Below are positions 12,001-26,410 of a stretch of 64,000 nt of DNA, in pieces. Every line of letters starts with the position of its first letter. Position 1 is the first letter of the stretch. The notes under the pieces are model-generated. The model did not search any database. It was given only the letters and a program-made list of their open reading frames with translations, and had not been told where the DNA came from. Source of the stretch: Oopsacas minuta (Eukaryota; Animalia; Porifera); assembly GCA_024704765.1 (NCBI GenBank), contig JAKMXF010000314.1:109377-173376 (forward strand), given 5' to 3'. A program made the translations under genes and the position numbers.

Positions 12001-13449
12001 AATAGACCCACTATTGTACTAGAAATTTTAATATGGATGATTACTAATGTCTGTGCAGGGTATATCTAAAATAACTATTCGACGATGTCAATTAATATCG
12101 TCCCATTTAAATTGGTGAATAATTTTTAATTTGATAATTTCTAGCCACACTTTGGCCATTAAATAAGTAATGAGCTACAAATATTCAATTATACATTGCA
12201 TAGAATTCAAAAGAGATGAAACAATTCTGATACAGTGAAATCTGCATTAACCAGCAATCGTTGGGATATGCAAGTTTTGTAAGTTTAGCTAATTGTCGGA
12301 TAATGCTGCTGAATTTGCTTTGTCGGAAACTATTTCAAATTAGAAACACTGTCTAATTATAAAGGTCTTCTGGATTATACAGGTGTCGGTTTGTGCAGGT
12401 TTGCGCTATAGCATATTCGAATTTTACGGATGTGTATTACCTCAGAATGAAATTACGAATTGTTGAGGGCAATCTTGTTGTTTGAATTACATTTTAATAT
12501 TTATGGCACATGTAGCAGAAGCTGAACATATCAAATATGTGCCCCCAACATCGTAATTGAATAAACAATGTGCCAAAAATCGACTTTATCTCTAGAAACA
12601 TTTGCAAGTCAGTCTAGAGAATCTCAAAGAATTTCATGCAGTATTCCATTCTGGAGCCAATATTCTATTGATATGCAACTTCTGTCACTTGTGGCAGCCA
12701 TATGAACTGCAAATATTTGATCTAAACAAGTCGTAATATTCATACTGAGGTAATAGAGACCAGATAATTCAATTATGGTATCAAATTTTCGCATTAACTC
12801 AAAAAGAGATGCATCTGTAATGCATTGTCACCTTTTTGGGATTGTCGAAGAAAACACATTATTATTTGCGACTGCTCACCCCATAAACATGATGGTTATA
12901 AATAACCAAATGTCGTCAACGTCATAATATTGACCAAATAGAAACCCGTTATGGATGGATAACGTCATCATGACTAGCAAAAACTCAAAACTGGAATTTA
13001 ATGTTGAAATTCGACATTTTGTCAAGCATAGTAATATGCTTGTTTCCCATTCCCGCCACAACCAATTTGGACCCCAGTCCGAGAATATGATACATAAAAT
13101 AAATTTGTGGATAATTCCAAGGTTAAAGATTGTATAATGTACTATTACAATTTTATTACTGAAATATTCAATATTTTCATGCCCTCAGAGAATGTGATGA
13201 AATGAACGAATCATTTTTTTAATACCACCTTGGCTAATACTAATCTTAAGAAAATACCCTCCTGTATCCCAGTTTCCGTGAAAATTCAGTAAGAGGAAGA
13301 AGAAATTTCGTTAATATGATATTTGGCAAATAATTCGAGATAAATATCGGAACTATCATACCTCCAAATGAATTGCACAAAATGACATAATACAGTAGAG
13401 TTCGTCTATTAGCAAGTTTTTTAGGGTCACAATGGTCCAAATTGCATTA

Positions 13450-13859
13450 TTTATGTTCCCTTATTAGCAAATTCGCCTTTGAGCAAGTTTTCTCATGAAA
13501 ACACTACTTTCTATAACATAATGAGGGAACCACTAGTCCTATATAAACAAAAACTTGCTATAATGAAAATTTTCTGTAGTATAGAGTAAAGTAAATTTAG
13601 ATTTTCCAATTTAGAGGAAACTGTGGTTGCTTTTGAATTTGGTAGAAAGCATTCTCGTAGGTATTACATGAACTGTATGTATCAATTTAAAAGGTTTCTG
13701 TATGCCTTCGAAAAGTTATCTTAAGTTTACCTATAAGTGTATTTATCACATACACTTATGTACAAGTACAAACAACAATAGTATTTTCGAATTGAATGAG
13801 TTGATCTATTAGCAAAATTTTCGTGCAAAACGTGGCTTGCTAATAAGCGAACACCACTG
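13450..13859. mobile_element. pogo/Tigger-like MITE (left end degenerate)
   Basis: Right end ...GCTAATAAGCGAACACCACTG|TA; inverted CTTATTAGCAA motif near 13460. Confidence 0.4.
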
Positions 13860-13879
13860 TAACTCACTTATATAGACTA

Positions 13880-14241
13880 CTAGCCGCAACGCCGCCCTCA
13901 GGGCGGTTTCTTCTCTTAGTTCCTGCGGAATGATTTTTCGGACCTTCGGCTGCACGATTGCCTTGGGAGTTTGCGAACGCTACGCGTGTTATACAAAGGG
14001 AGGAATGTGATTGACCAGCGTTGACCAATCAGATTCTTTCGTAAATGCTTGGTATAAATGGGCGAGGTGTGAAAAATTCACATATCTTGTCCAAATTGGT
14101 TCGATTAGAAAAATAATTCTTACTTGGAAAGGTCGAGTAATACTTAGCCGACACAGAAAATTTGGTTCGAATCGGGCAAGGCATTTTTGAAAAAACGCTC
14201 GGACACACACACACATATATAATTTTTTGCATATATAAGGA
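13880..14241 (-). mobile_element. Non-autonomous Helitron-like element (~360 bp)
   Basis: The minus strand starts A|TC at 14241 and ends with the hairpin CCGCCC-TGA-GGGCGG followed by CTAG|T at 13880. It contains a (CA)n tract near 14203 and has no TSD. Confidence 0.7.
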
Positions 14242-16759
14242 TGGATAATATTTTCTCTATTTCTCAGATCGAGGGGTGAAATGCAGAGTATATTGAGTCG
14301 CGCAGAGAAAACCCATAAATAAGATATTTAGAGGTTGTATACTGACGCTAAATTGTTACCCAAAGCAGTCGCGAACCCACCTAGCAAGAGAAGTGCGAAC
14401 TCAATTCAAAGTACTAGTTGGATATGCCTAATACCTTATGCATATGCGCTAATACTGAAGTGTAGGGACTCCATAGGTGCAAGCGCATAGCATAAAATAT
14501 GATTCCTGATATGTTGAGCGTGCCACAGGAGCTCTATGAAGATGAAATAATTACAATTATCACGAAATATATAAAATTTATTTGGCAAGCACACATAATC
14601 GGGGTGTAGAGCCAGTAAGGCGGGAGCTGAAATGTGTTTCTAACCTAAGTTAACAATTGCATCATATAAATTATATTCTGTAAATATTTGCAGGGACAAA
14701 ACCAATGTTTGACAATTTGAATTATGTCCCCTCATATTCTGGAGCGTGACAAGAGATTCCAAAACGAGGAGGCAGGGGTGAACAATTGCCTCAATACAAT
14801 GGCGAGTACAATAGGGAGATGATACAATACCCGAAAAAGCGAGGAGGTAGTTGCCTCCTCTGTATCGTGCAAGTTACGCCCTAGGTATTACGTAAACTAG
14901 AACAATACAACAGTACAGTAGTCACATTACTATATATTTATTCACCTGTTAACAGCTAATACTTAGTCAGGTGAGGTTAGCTATCAGGAGAGTATTCCGA
15001 TCAAGAGTGACAGGAACTAAAGGCTTCGGTATGTATATTGCTTGGGCCCTCTGGACATTATCCATATTGTCCAACAACAGTAACATTTTGCGAATTTCCT
15101 AGGCATTATGGAAAAAGCACAATTTTCATAATGTACATGCAAACTTGTGGAATTGTCATATCATCTTCAAATGATTTGATTTGATTTGTTTGAGATTTGA
15201 TGAGATTTAGAGGGATATCATGCCTGGGGACGTTAATTAGACCGATTGGGTGCTCACAGTGGGTGTTTAAACAACCATTATCTTAGTTGTAATGCAAAAT
15301 TCATTAGTGCTAGAAGGTGTACAGACACCACAGTGGCGTCAGCCCTGAATATGATGGGATTTGAAAAGATTAGAATGAAATTGAAAGAGTTTGATTTGAT
15401 TGAATTTGATTTGAAAGAAAATATACATCTAATTCACAACACTGTGTGAATGTGATACACTTTGAATTTGTTGTTTGGAAACTGAAACAGTGTATATTCC
15501 AGAATGAAGTTCATCTCTAATGGAAATTTGAAAATGATGATTTGGAATGTGAAATATTTGACGACATAGAGTGCCAGCTTTTGGCGCAGGCAAAACAAAC
15601 AACCGCCTGGGTGCCTTGATTTAAGGGGCGAAAGATAGGGTCATTTTGCAGAAATTTCAGGATATAACTGCAAAGTATTCATAAAGGTACCTAAATTTTG
15701 TTTTAGATTGAAATACATATATTAGAGAATTGATTCAAAATAACATACTCAAAAAATATTTGTTAGAAAACATGAGCCGAAATGATACCTTTTGAATGGG
15801 GCGGCGAAAGAACTAAACCCGGCTCTGGCATATGCTATAAAAATATAGGCCCAAAAAATGTATAACCACATCACCTGAGAGCTTAGTACTAAAGTAATAT
15901 AAAGCTGCAAATTGAGATGAAATCTGAACAATTTTCACAAACAAAATGTTCTTCTGATGTTCATAACTGAGGTGTCATTAATCTCAGTTCGAATAATAGA
16001 GGGTCTAATTTATAGGCGGGAAGTTGTCACAGCAGGTATTGTCCCCTTATGCGTCAATGGCATATGAGTGTGGCAATGAACAATAGTGATGTATTGAAGT
16101 ATATATAGCAGTCTATAAAATGTCGGCTCGCTTTTCTCGCATCTTAACCTAGAAATCATATTACATCAGAAAAGTTTAAACCTTTATTGATCTCGTGCCC
16201 GGGGTCCTGGTATTGGAACTATGTACACTTGAACTATATTTATATATTAATAGCTATGATCTATCAAAATTCTTGCTTGTAAAAGAAAGAAATTCACACA
16301 AATTATTATACTAAACAATATCCTTAGGTGAACCTGTAAAAATGGCCAGTCGAAGGACTCGGAGTGCAGCTCAGGCAGCTGGGTCATATTTCCAAACAAT
16401 ATTTACTATTGAAACGTGATTAATCTGCATATAAATCTAAAGGAAAATAAGAAACTGCACACCACTAAATATGCAATTGTAAAACCTGGCAAAACGACGA
16501 ATACTTGAATAAGCATATGATAACATACTCGAAAATCTATTAGACTATGTTAGATAGCATTGTACTGACAAAAACGGTAAAAATATTCCTGGTAAGATCT
16601 CCTCAAGCCACACATATTGCATCAAATAGGTGCTGAGCATATTATAAATTCAATTCGAAAGGGCCAAAAAATAAATGAGATGGAACAATCCTGATAACAT
16701 ATTAGAATTCTACACTACCTGTGCTAATGTACACAATACATATGATGATATATACATCT

Positions 16760-17096
16760 CTAACTTTAGTAAGAATTGTTCAATCCGATTGGAAATTTCA
16801 ATCTGGGGTAACTCACCTACGTAGAATTCAAATATCAAGTCAGAAATTATAGATTCTTAATAGGCTTTGAATTACCACATATTTTGATTATCAATAATTA
16901 TCTAATAATTATTAATAATTAACACCTTCCAAAAGTGTAAATCGAAAATATTTTTTTGAAATTCTTGAAAAACATATGTTATTCTATACAAATTACTACA
17001 TAGCAGCTACGAATATAGACTACACAATATATAGGAGCGGGAAAGAGTATCAATTTATGACAATATATTTGTGTTTTGAAATACTTTTGTCCACTT
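16760..17096. repeat. Solo arm of the long palindromic Tc1-like MITE found intact at 44310-45212
   Basis: High similarity to 44870-45205 (aatctggggtaactc...gaattcaaatatcaagtcagaaattatagattcttaatagg...atacttttgtcc). Confidence 0.85.
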
Positions 17097-18319
17097 AGAG
17101 TATGAGCAAACCCTGAGGGGGTCGGGAGGCAAGATCTCCCCGAAATATCCATCATATGGTCCGTCCCCCAACAATTTATGAATTGTTAAGTTGAACAATG
17201 AAGTGAAAATTAATTCGAAATAATTAAATTACTCTTGTTAATAACGTAACTATTGAGAGATCACTTATTTGATGTATGCCTAAGTCTCTGAGGTTGTTGG
17301 AATTCAATGAACCAGGTTTCGAACACTTTTGGAATTACTGAATATCTGAGGGGCAAAGTGCAGAGGTTGCTAACCAAATCTCCACGTAGCGCGTCCGGTG
17401 CCACAACAGTAATCCATTCAAGGATATGTAATCTAAAATATAAGCTAGTTTACACCAATGGCGCGACACGAACTGCAGTGACAGATGCAGGGGCACACCG
17501 CACAACCGAGAAAATCCAATGCATCAATGCGAGTTATCACCTGAACCTGTTCAGACTAAGGTAGGCCAAAGACTAGGCTGCCCAGCTCGCTACTGGCGAG
17601 GCACAGAACTTATCTGGCACTACACACGAGCAGCCTCGAGGTAGGCTAAAAATGGTGCCAAATTTAATATATTTAATCTTTGAATCGCTACAGACAGAAA
17701 AGGGACAAGTTATGATAAAAATATAAATTTCTAGAGTTCCCTGAACTAAGATTACGTAAAAGCGCAACACAGGCGCACTACCTATGCAACCTGTAACAAC
17801 AACGTGGCTAGGCAAATAGCTTTAAAGGATGCAAATAAGCCAATGAAGTTTTGCTATAAGTAATTGGAATTCAATATATTAGCGTAATACTCTTAGGAAT
17901 GACTCGGACAAATTCAAGTTCTAGACGAAAATTCACAGCTATTACGAAATAATGACGTCATTGCCACCTTTTTGGATAATGAAAATCGCACTATATGCCA
18001 ATGGTAAGCTAATGTATATGATAGAAGGTTGAAATTTGAATCACAGGTACCCATCATTATAAAAACAGGTCATGATGTCATCACTTAGACCAAATACTGA
18101 TTCATAATGGAATTTACGTCATTATGACTGCAAAACAAACTAAATTTACGTAATTTTAATATTTTTGAAATTTTCATTATACTCTGAAGTGCTAGAATAC
18201 TAAACAAATGCCAAGTAGCACCTCCAGTATTACAACAGGAGACCAATAAATGGATTTGTATGGACTATAGAAAATAATAATTTAATATTTCTACATATAA
18301 TTTACCACAAGGCACTTAG

Positions 18320-18434
18320 TGCCGAGTATATCCGTCAAGTAGCGACCAACGCATCAAGAAATTTAGCTATTAGATAATCAAGCTAACATGAGGCCCTAAG
18401 CTGTCGCGAAGATCTAGCACGCTTCGTTTGCTAG
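18320..18434 (+). mobile_element. 3' end of a short Helitron-like family; related ends at 28955-29070 (-), 43010-43137 (+) and 49050-49150 (+)
   Basis: Shared AGCGACCAA..GCACTAA..AAGCT(T/G)TCGCG..CTAGCAAGCGAAGCG-type motifs, with GC-rich hairpins ending in CTAGT in most copies. Confidence 0.55.
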
Positions 18435-19128
18435 TACAATTTATTTGTCCTGGGCTGGTAAAATATGATTAATCATATGCAAATCATGTGGTTATTAATT
18501 AAAAATATAAAATTGGAATTAAAATACTCAATTTGGCCTCTAATACAGTTAAACGAAACTTGAAGGATCGTATTAAACTACATTCCAAATGTGAGAAATA
18601 TAATTATTCAAATGATAAATTATGAATCTCTAGATTTAAAAACATCAAAAATGGAAACCCTATGCTATAATATCCCCAACTAGCTGTTTATTCAAGTTTT
18701 CTTGCATCATTTCGAATAACATAAGAATAGATGTGAAAATATATTTAAGTATATAAGAACTAAGTAGAGATCATGCGAGTAATTACTTGTTTCACACCCG
18801 GAATTCCTTCAGAAACGGGGACAACTGACGACAATATATTATTATTATTAATACACCAATAAATGTGTAAAATATTTTGGCACTGATTTTCTGATCACAT
18901 TCTTTCTTGGTATCAAAATATGGAATTTTCCAACTATGTATACAAATAGTAAAATATATATTGCAGAATTTGTGACTACCAAATGGTCCAATAAATGAGG
19001 AAAATACAAAGTATATCTTTCCAGATGGGGGAAAAACTTTGGGACGAGGTGGGATGAGAAAAAAAGCATAGTACTTTACATGGCCATATTAAAATTGAGT
19101 CAAATTTGATATTTTCGTGAACTAAGTG

Positions 19129-20500
19129 CAGGGGCGCATTTACGTTGTGCGGGGCCTCGGGACACAACGAATTGGTCCATTCCAGTTACTTTAGTCTCTA
19201 TTTCAATAGAGGCTTAAGTAACTGTACAGCTGCGTTGAATGACAGTCCAGCCTTTTATAGCTGCAGATTTGTTTTGCCAAATAGGTCCATGATCGTGTGA
19301 CACACTTCTAGCAAAGTGGCTGTTTCAACTCATCTTAACTTTCGGAGAATATCAAACGCTTCGGTTCAGGATTCAGAGGGATGGTTGTTATCTGCCGAAA
19401 GCTCTAAGACAATGATATTTTCAATAGATCCTTCACTAGGAGCCTTGAAAGTATCAGCCAGTGCTGACCAGCTTGTGTATGACCAATTTTGTGAATTGTC
19501 AAATTTTACCCTAGTTATTCTGGAAAGCTTCTCGATGCTCAAGCGATAAGTAGATGCCACAAAGTAGGTCGAACCTTCTGAATCAACACATTCAGTGGCA
19601 GCAGGGCAATTTTCTACTGCAGATTTACCCGCCAAGCGTCAGAGAATGAGCCATGCAAGGATACTCATCTTTTATGGCGGCTTGTGTACCATGATACATC
19701 GTTCAACCGGTCCAGTTTGTAAAACGTAATGGATGGCAAAACTAAGTTGGTTAGTGTGAGATATATCAGGCGTCGAATCAACAGAAATGGAAAAAAACTT
19801 CGCATTCTGAACTTCATTAATAATTGTGGAAAAACTTTATCCGCCATTAGTTGAATAGCTACTCACAAATGAAATGTGATAAGTAAGATACGTGAACATT
19901 ACACTGATTTAGATGCTTACTGATATGAGCTGTCTAGAAACTGTAATAAATACTTAAAAGCTCACCAATGTAGTTGCCGTTATCTACAGAACCAATAAAC
20001 GAATCGTTTCCAAGAATAGCCAGCACTTGTTCACAAATATACTTTAGTACATCCACAGAATGCTAAAAAACTTGCCTCCATTACTTAAATTCAGTTTGAT
20101 ATCCTTTCACATTACTTCTAACAATCCGACCATCTACAGACTTCCAAATGGCTAAATCAGCCATTACCTTGTATGTTGCTGTGACCTGCCATGTGATTCG
20201 ATCGAATTCCCGACGTGTTTCCAGTCGTTGAAACCAGCTTTGAACGAAGACTCATTTATTAACATTAGCTTGCAAACAAAACAATAAACTCAACCAGCAG
20301 TCTTAGAGTAGCACAGCCATGTAACATCGATCACTTCTGCAGATGATGCATGTTTACGAGTAAATAATAATTTGATACACTGCCGTGTTAATTCGGCCTC
20401 ATTCAAGGACGACTCTTTGAAACCTCTATCATTGTGTCGACAATCTGAGCTTCCCCTTGTATCCAGAACTACGAGTACTTTCAGCAAAATTTATTGGGCA
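19129..20500 (-). pseudogene. hAT transposase relic (TTF-type zinc finger / DUF4371, ZMYM1-like)
   Basis: Minus strand ESSFKAGFNDWKHVGNSIESHGRSQQH near 20160-20255. A CAGGGGCGC-type terminus lies at 19129. Many stops and frameshifts. Confidence 0.65.
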
Positions 20501-20954
20501 ATAAAGCAAGATTATTCTCAAGCTCATGTGGTACCACTGCTTCAGATTGTAATCAATTGATGCAGATTAATTAATAGGGAGCTTCTGATTCATGTCAGTA
20601 GTGAAAATATTCTCTATTGTAACAGGGGCCAAAATTAGATTGAGATTCTTCAGGTTCATAAAAACTTTGAAGGTGCATCTGCAGTGTCCTTTGGTAGATT
20701 TTTGCTTATTTCTGGCCTTACTCCATTTTACATTTCATGGTATATATCTACAAATTTAATCCATTTCATAAGCTGATAGGTTAAATGTACCAGTTAATCA
20801 ATAATTGGTATAAGAAAGGTAGATATATAAAGCAAACATCTCTAAAATAATGCGGGTAGGGGTCACAATCCCGGAATTTTCATGATTGACTATTTTAACT
20901 GCAAACCAAAATTAAGGCAACAACGTATACACAGTGTCAAGCAATAATACTTAC

Positions 20955-21031
20955 ATCATGGGTTTCTTTAGAAAACCAATGGCTTACGTCGGTTCCTGAA
21001 GAAGAGATGATAGGCCTCATCAAAATATCAT
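20955..21031 (-). CDS. CYB5D1: CYB5D1 orthologue, coding exon 2 (77 bp, phase 1/0)
   Basis: (D)DILMRPIISSSGTDVSHWFSKETHD matches the CYB5D1 LLKPI..AGQDISHWF motif. Acceptor tttttctctag, donor gtaagt. Phases fit exons 1 and 3. Confidence 0.92.
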
Positions 21032-21197
21032 CTAGAGAAAAACACTTCTCAGTAATAGTAACCTACTAATACAGTCGACCACCGCAAATTTGAACTGCCA
21101 GGGGAATATATTTGTTCGAACTATTGAAAGTGGCATTAAAATATGTAGAACATCACAATTGATGACCAAAGCAGTGGTATTAAAATTACAAATAACA

Positions 21198-21358
21198 TAT
21201 ATAGCTCAACTATACTATAGTGCAATTTTTGCGTATTAGCTTTTCTATGTTCGAGGAAAAGTCATTTGTTGGGCCTAATGAAAGTCACCGTTTTGGAATG
21301 AGGGTTTGGGGTTTTTGTATTACAAAAAACTGTACTATACTATAGTTGAGCTATATAT
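21198..21358. repeat. Small inverted-repeat element (28-bp arms)
   Basis: ATATATAGCTCAACTATACTATAGTGCA versus the reverse complement of TGTACTATACTATAGTTGAGCTATATAT (2 mismatches). Confidence 0.7.
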
Positions 21359-21681
21359 ATGGAATCTGTTAAAATTATACCAGAAATTCTTGTCAAATCT
21401 AGATGAATTGAAAATAACTTGCTCTGATTAATATTGTGATATTCTATTATATATTTCCTGTAGGGACAATCAAGATAAGTAGATATCCTTTAAAGACTCT
21501 ACCTGATAACTAAAAGATGTAAACTAAATCAACATGCCAAACATAATAATTACATCACATTTAGCAATATGTAATTATATGAATGAAAGTTATAATGATG
21601 TTCTAATTATCTTGGGGAGGAATTATATGGAACTATGTATATATTACAAACGAAATAACTAAATCGTCCATATTCGTAGTA

Positions 21682-22560
21682 CAGGGTGTACAACGACTGA
21701 TCCGCTATATTTCTATTCTTATATAATCTGTATATATATATACCAGTATTATTTAATCTATTTGAATGTATATTATTCTCTTACTTCCTAGTTATTAATA
21801 TGCATAATTTTAATACTATTTCATATAACTCAACACTTTATTTGTACGAAAGTTCAACTCTCCATATTTTTGAAAATTTGTTTATTATTAATAGTCAAAG
21901 AGCATCCTTATAATCTCGAAACCGAGCTATTGGGATGGTACAAGCAGGATTTACTCAAAAAGAGAGCGCTAGGGTAATAGTTACTGATATTAACAAAATC
22001 AGACGTTTTGGAATTGGTAGAAGACAGGGGAATCCTTCCATAAAAAATCTGGTCGTAGACCAAAATCATCCACCATAGAGTTGTGAAAACCATTATGGCT
22101 AAATCAATATGCAAAAGGAAATAATCGAATACAAATCAAGCAAAGAGAAAAGCTGCTAGAGATTTTGAAGAATAACCCCCTTGCTGCAATGCGAAGAACG
22201 CGTAAAAAATGGTAATGTTGTGAGCAAACCGATGCTGCAGGAGATGTCCAAATCCATTCGTGCCCTGCGCATCACGAAAAAAATCACCCAAGAGTGGTTC
22301 AGGGACAACCTGAAAACTTTTGGGCGAAAGGTATTTAGGCAAGAAACTAACCGGACCTAAATCCAATAGAGAAACTCTGGTCAATTCCCCAAGCAGAGGT
22401 AGATACAATCACCTTAAACAAATACAGAGATGCAGATCAAAAACATGAAATTAGCTGGTCGCAAATCCAACCTGATATTTTGGACGAAATTGAAATAGGA
22501 ATGCTAGAAAGCATAAAATAAGGTATCAAACTGAAGAGGGCATATATAGGCAAATGAACT
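21682..22560 (+). pseudogene. Tc1-like transposase fragment
   Basis: TA|CAGGGTG terminus; decayed CPAH..KITQEWFRDNL...NPIEKLWSI motifs at 22260-22385. Confidence 0.65.
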
Positions 22561-23999
22561 ATCAAACGGAATATATTGTAATAACATTTAAGAGAAATTG
22601 AAGTTTGTTCGAATGGATGAAATTCAAATAAACAGAGTTCGAATTATGGGACTGATTTTTATTGGATTGAAACGAGAGATACAAGGGAAAAAGATATTTG
22701 TTCGAATTTGTAAAAATAAGAATTAACGGAGGTCGACTGTAGTTACAATTTTCAAGACAAAAGAATATCAAGTTGATTTTAAGCAGGATGTTAACCTAAA
22801 CTTAGAAGTGAGGAAACGGCCAGAAAGCACGAGATAGTGAAATAATAGATTCAATTTTTGATCGATTATAAAAATATGTGATTTTCCGACAGATACAATA
22901 CAAAATCTCTTAGATGTCAACGTGGCGTCTGACCTAGGCGAGAGATTTGCTCTAAAAAGCAGAGATTGTTAGGCATCTCTGTATCAAATGTAAATTGAAA
23001 AAACAAGAAAATGCTTGAGATCTTAAATTTAGTACACAGAAAACCGTATGTCTCATGCTAATCCGGGGATCTGGCATCTTTGATGCACCCTTGATACTTC
23101 ATTATCAAGAAATAATAAGGTAAAGAGTTTGTAGGTGCATAAATTACATATGTTGATGCATTCGGAAATATGTAGTGAAATTAGGGAGACAAGGGCAAGT
23201 AACTCACCAAACATTAATAAAAATCATGAAATATAGAAGGACGAATCTCTAATATGCAATTGGCTCGTAATGTTTACTATCTAAACGTCTAAATCAATTA
23301 CAAAAATACTGATTCTCAAGGGCATAAGAGAAAACTTTACCCAGGCTAATGAAACAGTCCACGATGACAAAAAAGTGAGAGGATGTTGTTCCCAAGGCAT
23401 CCTGGAAGGGTTCCAGCTTTAGGTCAGTGGTTCTCGAATACCATTCCACGGTACACTGCGCCTATGTGGAGTTGTACATCTTACATTCCGTAGGTATAAA
23501 TAAATAGTTAAATTGCACAGCCTACTATAGCCTATTCACGTTATTGAAACATGGATTACTTCAAGTCTTAAATCCAAAAATATCCAGAATAACGTTACAT
23601 GACGAAATGACATAATTATAGTGCACATTGAATATTATACAATAGAGGTGGATAGTGGTGATGATTATATACCACTATAACTGTTACAATAACTATAAAC
23701 AAACTGTATATGAAAAGTATGAATATACTACGCATATGTAATAGAAAATACAAACGCTATTCAGACTGTAACTTTGGTAGTCTCCTCTTTAATTCACTGC
23801 GGCATTTTTCCAAGTTCTAATTCGAGTTCAGATTGCGAACTTTATTCTTCAGTAAACACTTGCTGGTGGCAATAGGATTTTGCTGAGATAACAATGAAAT
23901 GGTGTTCGACAACTATAGCACTCAAATCTCCAGAAATGACAGTTCTCAAATTCTATCCTCGAAATTGAGAATTGAATAAGAATAGTTTTACTGGTACTA

Positions 24000-26410
24000 G
24001 CAAGACTTGTTCCGTTCTATATGGGAATTTCTAAATAGTTCTTACTGCATTGATAACTACATCTGAAGGATTCAAGACCTCCTTGGTCAGCCAAGTGTAT
24101 TAGTTTCAAGTCAGAATTTTCAATCTCCAAGGCAAAGGTTTCATTGTATATGAGCAAAAATACACAACTATTACAAAATGAAGTGGTGGAATTGGAAATT
24201 CCTTTCTTTGAATACAATTTTGATTTTAAATACTGTGTATAGCATATCCAGCAATGAAAGCCAAGGACTGGCGAACTTCTGTTATCGGTAAAAAATCAAA
24301 GTTCTGATGGAGAATAGAAGAGTATATGCTCAGGTCGTATGTTGGCAGTGTTTCAGTAATATCAGGTACATTGTTACATGAGAAAGTCTTTACAAATTAC
24401 TAAACCAAAGTCCCAAATTTGCTGTCTGAGCTCTGTATAACTTTAAAATGCTAGAAACATTTTTTCTACATATTAGAGAGACCGAAATCTTGGAATTACA
24501 GTTAGAAATAAATCTGTAAACCCTAGTGTCTTCAAGAGAATAGTTTTGTAGAAATCCTGTCAAAACGTAAGATATCCACAATCGTTGGTTGTTAAATGGT
24601 TAATGATTCTTGTTATAACTTGAAGAGTGTGAATGCTTGTGAACAAAGCTTGCCAGCTCTACCACTACAACTATAGCTATTCTAATCCTGAAGTCAAGAT
24701 ACAAACTTTGAAAAGAACAGAAAATGATTTATCTTCATGCTGGAAACCTTTGAATCAGGGTCGCGTAGTCGAATTTCTTCCTTGGACTTTGGATGTTACA
24801 CATCTTCCAAAATCTGGTAATGAGAGAGATAGATTGATATGTTGGTTAGGAAATCTTATTCCATTCATTATTCATCAACACAGTATTTGTTGTTGACTGA
24901 CCCTCGATTTATGGGAAGATAAATGTTGTACTAATATCCTTCTGGTTTATCCAGTTATTTCGAATACACGTCACTTTGTGAACCGGGTCTACCATCAAGA
25001 AAATTGATCTAGTAGGATCTGATGGGTTTGGGCAAGTTTGCTGTAAACTGGTACTATCAGTTAGAGACTTAAATAACCTCACGTTCAGTTGATAATCATC
25101 TGTACAAGACCACACTTCTTGATGTCAATAATTTGTTTCATACTCGAAGTAAATCAGAAGATTTTGCATCACAACATGGTAGAAGTTTGACAATTTCAGA
25201 CCACTTTGTGAAAAGGCTGAAAATTTGAAATGCTAGAACCGTCTATGCAGGATCAGATACAAAAGAATTGTTCTCTGGGTGTTGAATCAGTTTGTAGAAT
25301 AGTAGAAACATAGATGTTACCCCCTTTATAAGTGTAATTTGACTTTAAGTGAATTTCGCCCAACTGTGGAAGAATATTTTTCGTAAAATTGTTGTCCTGA
25401 CAAGCTACCTTCAGATAATCTGCAAACTTGTGACTAAACCAATATTTGATTAGAGACGCTAGTATGGATGGATGAAACAGAGAGATACAATCTAATAATA
25501 GCAGATAACTGTAGCAGCTTGAAGAGATTATTTGAGCTTTGAAAGATAGAACCGATGTCAATAAAGTATATCGGTGGTTGTTCTTCGAAACCTTCAAATT
25601 TTAGTTGCCCCAAAATAAATTGAAGTATATTGAAGATTTTCAAGCTCTAGGAATCTTATTCACAAGCTCTAAATTTATCTATAGTAATCAAACTGAATGA
25701 ATAGCAGTATTGTTGCGAATATCAACAACATTTTGTTCATGTATGTCAAGCTTTTGAGTAAAATGATAAATTTGGCGAATATCAAAAGACAAGTGATTAT
25801 GGCTGGAACTCCAACTTTATTGACAAAACCCAACACATGTAAAGCATCATCAATACAGATCTGATGAGATATAGTTAATAGTAATCCAGATAGTACCTTC
25901 TTGAAAATATGCAATGTACCCTGCGAATATAAGTTAATTTTTCAGTTAAGTTAATCGTCTTATACTTTAGCTGGATGTCATCAAGATTAAAAACAGAAAA
26001 GTGATCGTTTTTGTTTTTATGTTCAGCACGACTCAACTCAAGAACATGACATTTTCGTCATGCTCTTGAGTTGAGTCGTGCTGTTTCGGTCCAAAACATC
26101 AGGTTGTATGGAAGATCCTTGAAATAAGAAGTGCGCTTGGCATTTTTTATAAGACAAGGCTTTCTTGAAACTTTTTCCACTGTACCATCACCCATAGGAA
26201 TACCGAAGTAAAATAACACGTCATTGTCATTGAAATGTTTCGAACAGATGAAGACTTTTGCAAATTCCCATGTATCTTCTTTATGGAGAAATCTTCGCGA
26301 TTCATACTGCATTCTTTTGACCAATGATTCGTCATTTCAAACACTGGAGTATAATTAGTTCGCTCATAATTGGAGGAGCAGTGGCCACGCTACACCAATT
26401 AGGTATGTTG
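24000..26410 (-). pseudogene. THAP-domain P-element/THAP9-like transposase relic
   Basis: Minus strand shows a THAP remnant (CSSNY...VF...ICSKHF), GEIHLKSNYTYKGGNIY, IFLMVDPVHKVTCIRNNWINQK, YVLTGFLQNYSLE, SLAFIAGYA and DQGGL, in the order expected for P-element-family transposases. TIRs were not identified. Confidence 0.8.

Larger units (their letters stand above)
21072..22739. mobile_element. pogo-like MITE expanded by nested insertions
   Basis: TA|CAGTCGACCACCG ... CGGAGGTCGACTG|TA. It contains a small inverted-repeat element (21198-21358) and a Tc1 fragment. Confidence 0.55.

Noticed and set aside
13246-13440. Hydrophobic 64-aa ORF as a host exon
   Set aside because: No recognisable homology or convincing splice-site pair; expected by chance in AT-rich DNA.
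15255-15450. RSS/Transib-like CACAGTG heptamers
   Set aside because: There is no matching nonamer spacing, no paired TIRs, no 5-bp TSD and no transposase.
18775-18835. Possible additional hammerhead (CTGACGA, GAAAC, palindrome AGTAATTACT)
   Set aside because: On + there are only 9 nt between GAAA and CUGA. On - the core is CUGAAGG with no stem II, no UH and no stem I.
23330-23400. Candidate CYB5D1 exon 1 (DCFISLGKVF)
   Set aside because: It is a poor match without splice sites; the true exon 1 is at 60217-60349.
25675-25914. Reverse transcriptase-like motif CIDDAL
   Set aside because: It lies within the collinear THAP/P-element relic, with no other RT motifs nearby.
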